A stretch of 63,066 nucleotides of DNA, filler included, from Octopus bimaculoides (lineage: Eukaryota): assembly GCF_001194135.2 (NCBI RefSeq). It is 4 parts of 4 records of this genome, joined end to end, with 100 filler letters (N's around TTAATTAATTAA, not from the genome) between each part and the next. Parts side by side here need not be neighbours in the genome. Positions count along the whole stretch, not along the records: positions 19,996 to 50,135 come from NC_068981.1; 3 more parts are not named here. The stretch is one strand, 5' to 3'. Position 1 is the stretch's first letter. Each line of letters opens with the position of its first letter. The position numbers were made by a program, and so were the translations under genes. Below are positions 22,877 to 35,274 of the stretch, piece after piece. Below the pieces are notes generated by a model. That model had not been told where the DNA came from. It was given only the letters and a program-made list of their open reading frames with translations, and made no database searches.

Positions 22877-23784
22877 GTTCGCGCTTTCGTATTGCACTAT
22901 GAGGTCAAGAGAGTATTATGTTCCACTTGTAAATACAGTTTCACAGCCAAACCTACCTATGACACATGCCACTCCGTACAATAGCTTCGTATTAAATATA
23001 ATTTCAGATACAACAGTGCGTCGTTTAAAACTCTTATGCAAGTGTAACCTAATTCCAACTAAAGTTAAATGTGTAAATTGCCTGGTAACATTATTTACAT
23101 TAATATATATTGACATGTGTCATCTCAGACTCGATGTCATAAAACTATATTAGCGATGTTGGTTGACTGGAGTCGGTGAAAAGTTTCGGTTTCAATACCT
23201 CATTAAAGATCAGCATTCTTTTTACCCCTCCCCTCTTCTTATGTCTGATAATAAACAAAGGTTTTCTTTCTCTCTCTCCCTTTGTCTCACCTTCTGTCTC
23301 CCTCTCTCTGTCTCTCGCTCGCGCTCTCTCACACCTACTTATCTATCTATCTATCTATCCGTCTATCCGTCCGTCCGTCTGCCTGTCTGTCTATCTTTGC
23401 ACAGACTCATGCACACATGCACACGAGGAATGTGAAAGAGAAAACAACCTTTCTCTTTATTAAATGACGCGAATTTCCCATACCGGTTGAGTAACCCTTT
23501 TTCTCCAGTAACTCTTCTCTTTCTATTCTTCTTTATTGTAGCCAAATAATTTTTCCAAGTAGACGCCACGCGTCATCATTGAGCTCTTGATGAAGGAGGA
23601 ACGCTGACTCGTTGACATCTACAGGATGCCACAGGTTGTTTACGCAGATGACACCATTAACAAGAACAATATGCACAGTAGGAGAAATCATCAAGGCAGA
23701 CTAAGCACGCAATGGGAGGCCATTAAACAGGGTCGGATTAAGACTCATACAAGCCCTAAGCACTTAAATGATTTTGGCGGCACA

Positions 23785-23824
<40 letters not shown>

Positions 23825-23871
23825 AATTCAGAACATAAACAATAATGAACCATAAAATAAATTTATATACA

Positions 23872-24256
23872 GGCGCAGGAGTGACTGTGTGGTAAATAGC
23901 TTGCTTACCAACCACATGGTTTCGGGTTCATTCCCACTGCGTGGCACCTTGGGCAAGTGTCTTCTACTATAGCCTCGGGCCGACCAAAGCCTTGTGAGTG
24001 GATTTGGTAGACGGATGTGTGTGTATATGTTTGTGTGTCTGTCCCCCCAACATCGCTTGACAACCGATGCTGGTNNNNNNNNNNNNNNNNNNNNNNNNNN
24101 NNNNNGTCCCCGTAACTTAGCGGTTCGGCAAAAGGGACCGATAAAATAAGTACTAGGCATCCAAAGAATAAGTCCTGGGGTCGATTTGCTCGACTAAAGG
24201 CGGTGCTCCAGCATGGCCGCAGTCAAATGACTGAAAGAAGTAAAAGAGTAAAAGAG
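23872..24256 (+). mobile_element. SINE family B, full length (small N gap)
   Basis: GGCGCAGGAGTG head; CACCTTGGGCAAGTG central motif; tail CTAAAGGCGGTGCTCCAGCATGGCCGCAGTCAAATGACTGAAA + (GTAAAAGA)n. Confidence 0.95.
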
Positions 24257-24287
<31 letters not shown>

Positions 24288-24344
24288 GTGTATGTGTGTG
24301 TGTGTATGTATGTATGTATGTATGTATGTATGTATGTATGTATG

Positions 24345-24550
24345 CATGTATGTATTTGTGTGTCTGTGTTTGTCACCCCCATCGCTTGACAGCCGATGTT
24401 GTTGTGTTTCCGTCCCCCGTAACCTAGCGGTTCGGCAAAACAGACTGATAGAATAAGTACTAGGCTTACAAGGAATAAGTCATGGGGTCGATATGTTCGA
24501 CTAAAGGCGGTGTTCCAGCATGGCCGCAGTCAAATGACTGAAACAAAGAA
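24345..24550 (+). mobile_element. SINE family B 3' half
   Basis: TGTGTCTGTGTTTGTC...CATGGCCGCAGTCAAATGACTGAAAC following a (TATG)n/(TG)n run. Confidence 0.9.
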
Positions 24551-24829
24551 AAGAATTAGCAGTATGATGGAAAATAATGCTTATTGTTGTATACTTCCAT
24601 TTTAGTATAAACTTCGAAAGGTTTTCTCGAACTTTTCGTTTAATTGCAAAGTCTTTGATCAGATCCTCACTATGACACCATGAACGCTTCAAATATATAT
24701 ATATTTCCGATCAAATATACCACTTCGAATATTATTCTAACAAATTTAAAGTGATTTCTTTTTGTGCCGTAGACTATTTACCATTTCTGTGGTAGCCCGT
24801 TTCTTTGATGCTCCAAGCACTTACATATT

Positions 24830-25140
24830 TTGCGTAACGGTTAATCCAGCGTTGCCATCAACCGTGACATCGACACAATTGGACGAATTGATTTGGGCGC
24901 ACAGACAAGTTGCAATCTCTGAATTTGCTGCACAACTGGACTGTGGTCATATTGCATTATAAAAGATGGTGGACGATTTGCGGTATCGGAAAATGTGTAC
25001 AAGAGTGTACTTTAGCAGTTAATACACGATTTGAAAGAAGGAAGACCAGAGATCTGTTCTTATCTCTTGGAAGCTTTTGAAACTAATGAAGATTTTGTTT
25101 CCGATCTGGAGACAAGAGATGGAACGTAAGTGTATCTTTA
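24830..25140 (+). mobile_element. Old mariner remnant (second HTH to first catalytic Asp)
   Basis: PSTVTSTQLDELIWAHRQVAISEFAAQLD...DDLRYRKMCTR...ICSYLLEAFETNEDFVSDLETRDGT. Confidence 0.65.
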
Positions 25141-25152
25141 TGGTGTGAAAGT

Positions 25153-25523
25153 GGAGGCGCAATGGCTCAGTGGTTAGGGCAGCGGACTCGCGGTCATAGG
25201 ATCGCGGTTTCGATTCCCAGACCGGGCGTTGTGAGTGTTTATTGAGCGAAAACACCTAAAGCTCCACGAGGCTCCGGCAGGAGATGGTGGCGAACCCCGC
25301 TGTACTCCTTCACCACAACTTTCTCTCACTCTTACTTCCTGTTTCTGTTGTACCTGTAATTCAAAGGGTCAGCCTTGTCACACTGTGTCACGCTGAATAT
25401 CCCCGAGAACTACGTTAAGGGTATACGTGTCTGTGGGGTGCTCAGCCACTTGCACCTTAATTTCACGAGCAGGCTGTTCCGTTGATCGGACCAACTGGAA
25501 CCCTCGACGTCGTAAGCGACGGA
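25153..25523 (+). mobile_element. SINE family C (tRNA-like head)
   Basis: TGGCTCAGTGGTTAG A-box, GGTTTCGATTCCC B-box; near-identical to 43687-43987. Confidence 0.9.
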
Positions 25524-25977
25524 NNNNNNNNNNNNNNNNNNNNNNNNNNNNNNNNNNNNNNNNNNNNNNNNNNNNNNNNNNNNNGAATGGCGCCATACTT
25601 TTTCTGCAAGGCCTAACTTCAAAAGCCACCGATCGACTCCTTAAAGTCATGGGGATTTACTTTTTTGTTTTGTTCTGGTTGACGTGGACGTCTTTCTCCT
25701 TGATTTTCTGTTACATGTTTGTACTTTGAATAGTGAGTGGCATGCACAACATGAATGACCTCTGACCCCACTTGCGCATTTCTTCCGGTAGAAACCTCCC
25801 TCCTCTCTCTCTCTCTCTCTCTCGCATGCATGCGTGCGCACGTGTACGTGGGCGTGCGCGTATTATGTATGTGTGCAGTATAGCCAATTGTTTAAAAAGA
25901 CAGTAGAAAAGCATAAAGCAACTCTTAGGAACAAGAAATTGAATAAGAATCTGAAAACAATCCATATATCTTTGAGT

Positions 25978-26299
25978 GAAGGTGCGTGGCTTAGTGGTTA
26001 GGGTACTCAGCTCGCACTTGTAAGGTTGTGAGTTCGATTCACGGCTGCTCGTTTTGTCCTTGAGCACTGCACTTTATTTTACGTTGCTCCATTCCATTCA
26101 GTTGACAAAAATGAGTTGTACCTGTATTTCAAAGGGTCAGCTTTGTTACATTCTGTGTCAAGCTGAATCTTCCTGGGAACTACGTTAAGGGTACACATGT
26201 CTGTGGCGTGCTCAGCCACTCGCACATTAATTTTACGAACAGGGTGTTGCGTTGATCGGATCAACTGGAACCATCCTGGTCGTAATCGACGGAGTGCCA
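25978..26299 (+). mobile_element. Chimeric SINE: family D-like head and middle plus family C 3' module
   Basis: TGGCTTAGTGGTTAG / GAGTTCGATTC head; middle matches 36455-36527; 26116-26299 matches 25348-25523. Confidence 0.8.
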
Positions 26300-26359
26300 G
26301 TTCACATATATCTTTGGCAATAAATCAGGCAATCGGCAAATCGGATTAACCAGTGGTTC

Positions 26360-26575
26360 CATATGCCCTGTACGACCCGGATCTCGTAATCTCCGTCTTC
26401 AACTTGTTCAGTGCAAAGAAGGGCAGTCTTCGGGAACAACGATTTGATGACAAAGATGAGATGGAAATAGATGTGAAGAAGTGGGAGCATGAACTTTTGC
26501 AGAGTGGAGTCAAGAACTGAATTCAGCGATGGGGTAAATGTATCGCTTGTGATGGGGTACTATGTTGTTTAGTAC
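26360..26575 (+). mobile_element. Old mariner 3' coding remnant
   Basis: PYDPDLVISVFNLFSAKKGSLREQRFDDKDEMEIDVKKW...IQRWGKCIACDG. Confidence 0.65.
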
Positions 26576-26649
26576 TCTAAGCAATATGCGCAGTATGAAG
26601 GACCAATGTCACCACCTGTGCATTTTTCCGGTAGAACACCACCACCTCT

Positions 26650-26814
26650 CTTAGTCTGTCAGTCTGTCAGTCTGTCTCTGTCTGTCAGTCTGTCTCTCGC
26701 TTTCTCTTTCTTTCTCTCTCTTTCTCTTTCTTTTTCTTTCTCTCGCTTTCTTTCTATCTCTCCTTCTTTCTCTCTCTCTCTCTCTCTCCTACTCTGTCTC
26801 TGTCTCTCGCTCAC

Positions 26815-26861
<47 letters not shown>

Positions 26862-26910
26862 CTCTCTCTCTCTCTCTCTTTCTTTCTCCCTCTCTCCCGC
26901 AGAGTCTATC

Positions 26911-26960
<50 letters not shown>

Positions 26961-27097
26961 GCTCGCTTTTTCTTTCTCTCTCTCTCTCTCTCTCTCTCAG
27001 CCTGTCTCTGTCTGTCTGTCTCTCTCAGTCTATCTCTGTCTGTCTGTCTGTCTGTCTGTCTCTTTCTTTCTTTCTTTCTTTCTTTCTCTCTCTCAGC

Positions 27098-27128
<31 letters not shown>

Positions 27129-27150
27129 AGTCTATCTCTGTCTGTCTGTT

Positions 27151-27205
<55 letters not shown>

Positions 27206-27256
27206 CTCTCTCAGCCTGTCTGTCTGTATCTCTCAGTCTATCGCTGTCTGTCTGTC

Positions 27257-27323
<67 letters not shown>

Positions 27324-27410
27324 CTCAGCCTGTCTGTCGGTATCTCTCAGTCTATCGCTGTCTGTCTGTCTGTCTGTCAGTATCTCTCTCTCTCTCTCTC
27401 TCTCCTCTGC
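26650..27410. repeat. Pyrimidine-rich compound (TC)/(TCTG)/(TTTC) array with ~100-110-bp higher-order repeat
   Basis: TCTCTCAGTCTATC(T/G)CTGTCTGTCTG recurs near 27021, 27121, 27231, 27344. Confidence 0.85.
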
Positions 27411-28021
27411 GCGCGCGAGTGCTTGCGAGTGCTCGCGAGCGCGTTTGTGTGTATGTCGTGCAGTATGATGATTGATAGACTTAATGTGTGCCTGAATTTA
27501 GTATATTGATAAGTTATGAATCCAAGACATGGATTCCCAACCCATATTGATCTGGTCTACATCACTTCCTTTTATGTATGGCAGTCCTCAAAAACTACAA
27601 GTCTCCATATTTTATAGAGAGAAAGAAGGGAAACTTTAATCCCCCTAATTGACGATGAGATTACTGCTTCTTCTCTGTCAGAATTTTAATTTAAAATCTT
27701 AATTTTACAGTAATTATTAAACAAGAATCAAGACTCAATGATTAGACATTATTAAATTTTACGTAAAACTTATCCCCCACCATTCGTAGGCTACCTCCCG
27801 ACCTCACTTCTTGTCTGCATTTCGATAATGTTTAGAAAATCCCTGAAAAATAAATGTAATTTTAAAGATTTACCTCCCTTAACTAATCAAGGGAAACAAT
27901 CCTTGTACATTTCGCATATTTTAAGATAAACGATAAAAGTTCACTCACCATATAGTTTTCTTTCTTTTCTTTTCTTTCTTTCATCTATTTTTTTTTTTTT
28001 TAGAATATAAATATTTTCTAC

Positions 28022-28690
28022 AGCGCAGGAGTGGCTGTGTGGTAAGTAGCTTGCTTACCAACCACATGGTTCCGGGTTCAGTCCCACTGCGTGGCACCTT
28101 GGGCAAGTGTTTTCTACTTATAGCCACAGGCTGACCAAAGCCTTGTGAGTAGATTTGGTAGACGGAAACTGAAAGAAGCCCGTCGTATACATGTATATGT
28201 ATGTATATGTGTGTGTTTGTGTGTCTGTGTTTGTCCCCCCAACATCGCTTGACAACCGATGCTGGTGTGTTTACGTTCCCGTAATCTAGCGGTTCGGCAA
28301 AAGAAAACCGATAGAANNNNNNNNNNTTCCGGGTTCAGTCCCACTGCGTGGCACCTTGGGCAAGTGTTTTCTACTTATAGCCACAGGCTGACCAAAGCCT
28401 TGTGAGTAGATTTGGTAGACGGAAACTGAAAGAAGCCCGTCGTATACATGTATATGTATGTATATGTGTGTGTTTGTGTGTCTGTGTTTGTCCCCCCAAC
28501 ATCGCTTGACAACCGATGCTGGTGTGTTTACGTTCCCGTAATCTAGCGGTTCGGCAAAAGAAAACCGATAGAATAAGTACTAGGCTTACAAAGAATAAGT
28601 CCTGGGGTTGATTTTCTCGACTAAAGACGGTGCTTCAGCATGGCCGCAGTCAAATGACTGAAACAAGTAAAAGAGTAAAGAGTAAAAAGA
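28022..28690 (+). mobile_element. SINE family B (appears twice because of a duplicated overlap across a 10-N gap)
   Basis: 28070-28316 identical to 28327-28573; probably one biological copy. Confidence 0.9.
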
Positions 28691-28934
28691 GCGGTTCATT
28701 AAAGCGCTAATTAGCGATAAATATTTATCATTAATATTATACCATGGAGTCTTTGGATGAGAGACGTTCGATAGTCAAATGATGAAATCATAGATATTCA
28801 ATCATTAAATTCATTAACAAAAACCAAGAAAAATATATTTGACAAAAGCCTGTTTCGAGAGAAAGAAAGGTAATCAGAGAGTAGACGAACCAGATTCCGG
28901 GAAATATTAATTGAAATGTAATATAAAACTTCAA

Positions 28935-29219
28935 ACCTTTAGTGGAACTAATCGACCCCAGAACTTATTCTTTGTAAGCCTAGTACTTATTCAATGGGTC
29001 TGTTTTACCGAACCGCTAAGTTACAGGGACGTAAACATACCAACATCGGTTGTCAAGCGAAGGTGGGGGGACAAACATAGACACATAAACATATACATAT
29101 ATATATATATACGACGGGCTTCTTCCAGTTTCCGTCTACCAAATCCACCGACCCAAGGTGACAAACAATGGGACTGAACCTAGAAACATGTGGTTGGGAA
29201 GCAAGCTACTTACCACACA
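28935..29219 (-). mobile_element. SINE family B with internal deletion, runs into gap
   Basis: Reverse complement of family B; central segment after CACCTTGGG missing. Confidence 0.88.
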
Positions 29220-30004
29220 NNNNNNNNNNNNNNNNNNNNNNNNNNNNNNNNNNNNNNNNNNNNNNNNNNNNNNNNNNNNNNNNNNNNNNNNNNNNNNNNN
29301 NNNNNNNNNNNNNNNNNNNNNNNNNNNNNNNNNNNNNNNNNNNNNNNNNNNNNNNNNNNNNNNNNNNNNNNNNNNNNNNNNNNNNNNNNNNNNNNNNNNN
29401 NNNNNNNNNNNNNNNNNNNNNNNNNNNNNNNNNNNNNNNNNNNNNNNNNNNNNNNNNNNNNNNNNNNNNNNNNNNNNNNNNNNNNNNNNNNNNNNNNNNN
29501 NNNNNNNNNNNNNNNNNNNNNNNNNNNNNNNNNNNNNNNNNNNNNNNNNNNNNNNNNNNNNNNNNNNNNNNNNNNNNNNNNNNNNNNNNNNNNNNNNNNN
29601 NNNNNNNNNNNNNNNNNNNNNNNNNNNNNNNNNNNNNNNNNNNNNNNNNNNNNNNNNNNNNNNNNNNNNNNNNNNNNNNNNNNNNNNNNNNNNNNNNNNN
29701 NNNNNNNNNNNNNNNNNNNNNNNNNNNNNNNNNNNNNNNNNNNNNNNNNNNNNNNNNNNNNNNNNNNNNNNNNNNNNNNNNNNNNNNNNNNNNNNNNNNN
29801 NNNNNNNNNNNNNNNNNNNNNNNNNNNNNNNNNNNNNNNNNNNNNNNNNNNNNNNNNNNNNNNNNNNNNNNNNNNNNNNNNNNNNNNNNNNNNNNNNNNN
29901 NNNNNNNNNNNNNNNNNNNNNNNNNNNNNNNNNNNNNNNNNNNNNNNNNNNNNNNNNNNNNNNNNNNNNNNNNNNNNNNNNNNNNNNNNNNNNNNNNNNN
30001 NNNN

Positions 30005-30064
<60 letters not shown>

Positions 30065-30254
30065 TTATGTAAAGGCTCGGTAGGTAGGTAATAGGAGATC
30101 TGAAGAAATATTTCAACTGAACTACTACTTCATTTCACTTATTCTTTCGTGTTATTGTCGAGTCAGTCCTTACCGAGGAAATCTATGATCAAAGACATTC
30201 CAACCGGGACCTTTCATCAGTGTTTTTAGGACTACAATATTCCAAGTGTCCAAC

Positions 30255-30306
30255 CAGTTTAAGACGCTTGCACAAGGTGCCACGCAGTGGGACTGAACCC
30301 GGAACC
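30255..30306 (-). mobile_element. SINE family B small fragment
   Basis: CAAGGTGCCACGCAGTGGGACTGAACCCGGAACCAT. Confidence 0.7.
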
Positions 30307-30429
30307 ATCGTACCAAGCTATCAATTGAGAATGATATATGAGTGGTGCATCTTTGAAACTGTGTCGAGAATTGAGTCACTTGTTAGAAAGAGCCAAGCCC
30401 TATCTATCTAATTAGAAATATGATATTAA

Positions 30430-30578
30430 TGGAACTGATTTCTTACATAGATTCATGGCCGGAAATTCTGGGGGAGGGGAGCGGTCAATTATACCAATCC
30501 AGTACATCACTGGTACTTTATTTTGCCTACTCTCAGAATGATGAAAGATTGAGTTGACCATTGCGAGATTTGAATTCT
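30430..30578 (-). mobile_element. SINE family A, highly diverged fragment
   Basis: GAAATTCTGGGGGAGGGG...CACTGGTACTTTATT...GATTTGAATTC. Confidence 0.55.
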
Positions 30579-30644
30579 CTAAATTAAATTAAATTAAATT
30601 AATCAATAAAACATCTATTGTCTGTTGTATGGTATCCAGCCCTT

Positions 30645-31193
30645 TACGAGGGGTGTTCATTAAAGATTTCCTCTGACCCACTTCTCAAGGACTGGGATAA
30701 ACGAAACTTGGCATAATTATTAGTCCTTCTCTACATAGCCACTACCAATGGTAACACACTTCTCCCATCGCTTTATGCAGCTGTGAAGACCTCATCTGTA
30801 GAAGTCGGTAGGTTGCGTCTGGAGCCAAGACTTTATCTCAGAAATAAGTTCATCATCATCCGAAAAGTGCTTCCTTTTCAAAAAAGACTTCATGGCTGGA
30901 AAGAGGTGGAGATCGGGAGAGTAAGAGGGATGAAGAAGGATTTCATAGCCGCAGGAGTGTGCTTTCATCTGGGCAACATGCGCATTGTGAGGAAGCGGAC
31001 TCTTTTGGTCGCGTAATATGCTCCGTTGATTGTGGTGCCCTTTACCAGAAAATCCATCATCACTACTCCGCGTTGGTCCCAAAAGACTGTGAACATCAAC
31101 TTGCCTACTGAGGGTTGGACTCGAGCCTTTTTTGTTCCGTTTCCTGCAATAACCAGAAGTGGGTCGGGGGAATCTTTAATGAACACCCACGTA
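30645..31193 (-). mobile_element. Internally deleted mariner (~550 bp) with both ~38-bp TIRs and TA at both ends
   Basis: Left TA|CGAGGGGTGTTCATTAAAGATTTCCTCTGACCCACTTCT; right AGAAGTGGGTCGGGGGAATCTTTAATGAACACCCACG|TA; KKARVQPSVGKLMFTVFWDQRGVV..., HPSYSPDL. Confidence 0.92.
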
Positions 31194-31869
31194 CACTAAG
31201 TTCTTCACACGTGGTACGCTAACGCAATCGGATGTGTTAAGGGGTACGCCAATACTGCTGGATATCATTAATTGTTACTCTAGAAGAAAAAGTTTGAGAA
31301 TCTCTGGTCTACATCTTTAATCTTTAGGAGGTGTCTTTCACACAGGCAAAAGAAAAAGCGGTCAGTACATTTATTATATAATTTGGGTTACTATTTCTTT
31401 TATTTTCATAACCACTTTTATGCTTAAACTTTGTAATTAAAATAACTTTTCTTATCATGAATTCTGGAAGTGATTCAGTCTTGAACAATCTTAAGTGGCC
31501 AACAAACGGCATTCGGTGCAGTGAAAGGTCATAAATATTTTTAGTCTAATCTCCGTTTTAAATGACTAATTCAAGTTAAATCCCAAGATAAACAAATTTC
31601 AATAAATAATAGCAATTTATCCGAGGAAATTTTATAGTAGAGACTTACGAATGAAGAGGAAGGTCTCCACCTGGGTCACTTCTCTATCAATAAGTCTCAA
31701 TTTTATTCTAAAATCATAGACATCATATATATTTGAAATGTAAAGATGAGACGAAAATGCAAGGATGATAATGAAAGTCGTGAGGCGCTTTTGTAATTCT
31801 AATAGAAGCTGGTGTGGTTCTAGGCAGAGGCAAGGCTTCGCGATTAAGAAGGGAACACGATTTGTAAAC

Positions 31870-31992
31870 ACGTGGTTTCGGGTTTAGTGCCACAACATCG
31901 TATCTTGAGCAAGGTATTCTATTATAAACTCTGGCCAACCAATATATTAAATGTGAATTTGGCAGATGGAAATCGTCTGCAAAGCTGTCGTA
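31870..31992 (+). mobile_element. Highly diverged SINE family B-like 5' half
   Basis: GGTTTCGGGTTTAGTGCC...TTGAGCAAGG...GATTTGGCAGATGGAAA-like trace. Confidence 0.5.
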
Positions 31993-32009
31993 TAGTCAAG
32001 CAAATATGC

Positions 32010-33143
<1,134 letters not shown>

Positions 33144-33611
33144 ATGTATGTAAATATGTATGTGTATGATGTAGGTATGTGTGTATGTATGTATGTATAT
33201 ATGTATGTATGTATGTATGCACCTTCGAAAACTCTTATATTCGGTAGGAATTTACAAAAATAACTCACGGACGAACAGTTTCGTGCATCGGTTCTAGACG
33301 CATTTTAGAAACAAAACAATGATATAGATATTCTTTCTTCACATGTTCCGACAGCTTTGAACGTGACTATGCTAATCGCTGTTGTATTTTGTCTTCGGAG
33401 AGCAAATTCTCCCTTTACGAGTTAATTAATTCATAATATTTGTTGTCTTTTGGCATTTGTCAAGCGCCATATTCTATTGGATTGTCAAATAAATTCCTTC
33501 GTTCCCCCCCACCATTTATTGTAATCCTTATTTTTCATCAGCAATTTAAATAAATCACTGAATAATATATTCTCCTTCATCGTTCACGATTTCTTGCTCA
33601 CATTCCTCTAG

Positions 33612-33726
33612 CTTGTGACTGCCTCGATGGTAGAAATCACTGGGCCTTGACCTGGTTCACGTTTTCTACTCACACGTCGTGGTTGAACGAAATGTCACGT
33701 AGACTTTTGGAGAGCGACCGAAAAAG
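33612..33726 (+). CDS. Candidate internal exon, unknown product (CDCLDGRNHWALTWFTFSTHTSWLNEMSRRLLESDRK)
   Basis: Long pyrimidine tract + CTCTAG acceptor, AAG|GTAATA donor, one open frame. Confidence 0.25.
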
Positions 33727-34024
33727 GTAATAATCTAAAGGTGCTATATCAGGACAATATGGTTGTTGCAGCAGAACTTCTTAACCAAGCTCTTGAATTG
33801 CATTTTTGGTCAAATTAGCACGCGGGGTCGAGTGTTGTGGTGCTAGAAAAACTAGCCGTGTCGCCGATAGATTCGTCTCAGATGGATTGCCTCGTTGAGC
33901 CGGTGTATTTGGTGAACGTAAAGCTCTGCATTGACCGTGTGGTTATTTTCAAGCATGCAGCCCTAGTTTGGCTCGAGGGGCTGATTGCTTGTCGGGACCC
34001 AGTTACTATTTGCTTTGCTTCATA

Positions 34025-34230
34025 TTGGTTTGAGATTTTGACACAAAGCCAGCAATTTTCTAGGGGCGGGGTAAGTCGATTACATCGATCCCAGTGTTCA
34101 ACTGGTACTTATGTTATCGACTCCGAAAGGATAAAAAGCAAAGTCAACCTCGGCGAAATTTGAGCTCAGAACGTAAAGACGGACGAAATGCTGCAAAGCA
34201 TTTTTCTCGGCCAACTCGCCGCCTTCATCT
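34025..34230 (-). mobile_element. SINE family A
   Basis: GTCGATTACATCGATCCCAGTG...AACTGGTACTT...GAGCTCAGAACGTAAAGACGGACGAAATG. Confidence 0.88.
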
Positions 34231-34269
34231 GCTTCGTATTGATGTAAGGATATCATTTCTTTTCATAAT

Positions 34270-34900
34270 CGGTAAAGAAATATTTGTCTGTGTTCACGAG
34301 CAGCTCGGTGTCAACCGAGCAAACTAGCGGCGATAGAGATGCAATGGAGTTTCGTTAAGAGCACGTGGCACCCATACACCGAATTTTTGGACTTTACTAC
34401 CCATCCAGTGAAGATGATGGGCGACGGTATCATGAAAGAATTCCATTTGCAGGACCATTTCTCTTGTGTATTGACGCAGATTCTTGTAGATGAGCTCGTT
34501 CAATGGACCCTTATAGAACTGAAGAGGTCGATCGGAATGCAGATGGTCTGTGAAGTCAAATTTCCCTTCTTTGAAGCGTGAAAACCGTTTCTGTTCAGTT
34601 CTTTGAATAATATTGCTTTCTATCTTTTATGTTCTGAGTTCAAATTCCACCGAGGTCGACTCTGCCTTTCATCCTTTCGAGGTCGATAAATTAAGAACCA
34701 GTTGTGAACTGGGATCGATCTAATCGACTGGCCCCCACCTCCCCAAAAATTTCGGGCCTTGTGCCTAGAGTAGAAAAGAATATTGCTTTCTATGTACACA
34801 GCACAAAGGTTTCGAGTGGCTCCGGTAGCTTTGGAACCTTTTTTTGAAAACGAAGAGAAGTAGATGTTGAAAATGTTCTCATTTTTCCCCCCTTAGTACT
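34270..34900 (-). mobile_element. Mariner (Mos1-like) 5' coding remnant interrupted by a SINE
   Basis: KGSKATGATRNLCAVYIESNIIQRTEQKRFSRFKEGKFDFTD...SDRP...KVQKFGVWVPRALNEN after removing 34624-34793. Confidence 0.8.
34624..34778 (+). mobile_element. 5'-truncated SINE family A with exact 15-bp target-site duplication
   Basis: AATATTGCTTTCTAT at 34609-34623 and 34779-34793. Confidence 0.92.
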
Positions 34901-35274
34901 CTATCTTCATATGTCGGAAACAAGGTAAAATTTTATTAAAATTTTAAAAACGATAAACAAATGTTGTAGAGGAAGAATAGGGCTACAAAACACGCCCGTA
35001 AAACACTACGATAAAATTATTTTTCGTCTTAATTCAAATAATATTGGAAAGGAACGAACGAATTTATTTGACAGCTCAACACATCCATTGCATTTTATTA
35101 CGCCCTCCTCTTCGTCCTCCTCCCCTTGTTTCCACATCATCTTTGCAATGCTGGAAGTCTGAATATAACAGCTTAGTTAATATGACAAACAAATGTACAA
35201 AATTTATCCAGTAAGATTAATAACGAAATGCACTATTAAAAAAAACAAAATTCTTTGATTAGCGTCAAACGTCC

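Noticed and set aside
25153-25235. tRNA genes at SINE heads (also 36384, 43687, 4337)
   Set aside because: A/B boxes are present but there is no complete cloverleaf or acceptor stem, and each continues into a dispersed SINE body
26606-27475. 289-aa ORF, the longest N-free ORF in the track
   Set aside because: Translation of a TC/TCTG/TTTC array that cannot contain stops on this strand
28070-28573. Apparent 247-bp tandem duplication of a SINE B
   Set aside because: The two copies are base-identical including private variants and are separated by exactly 10 N; this is an unmerged contig overlap, not biology
29136-30116. ~300-aa ORFs here and at 39606, 43807, 58127, 60185, 61815
   Set aside because: They span N gaps; X residues hide stops
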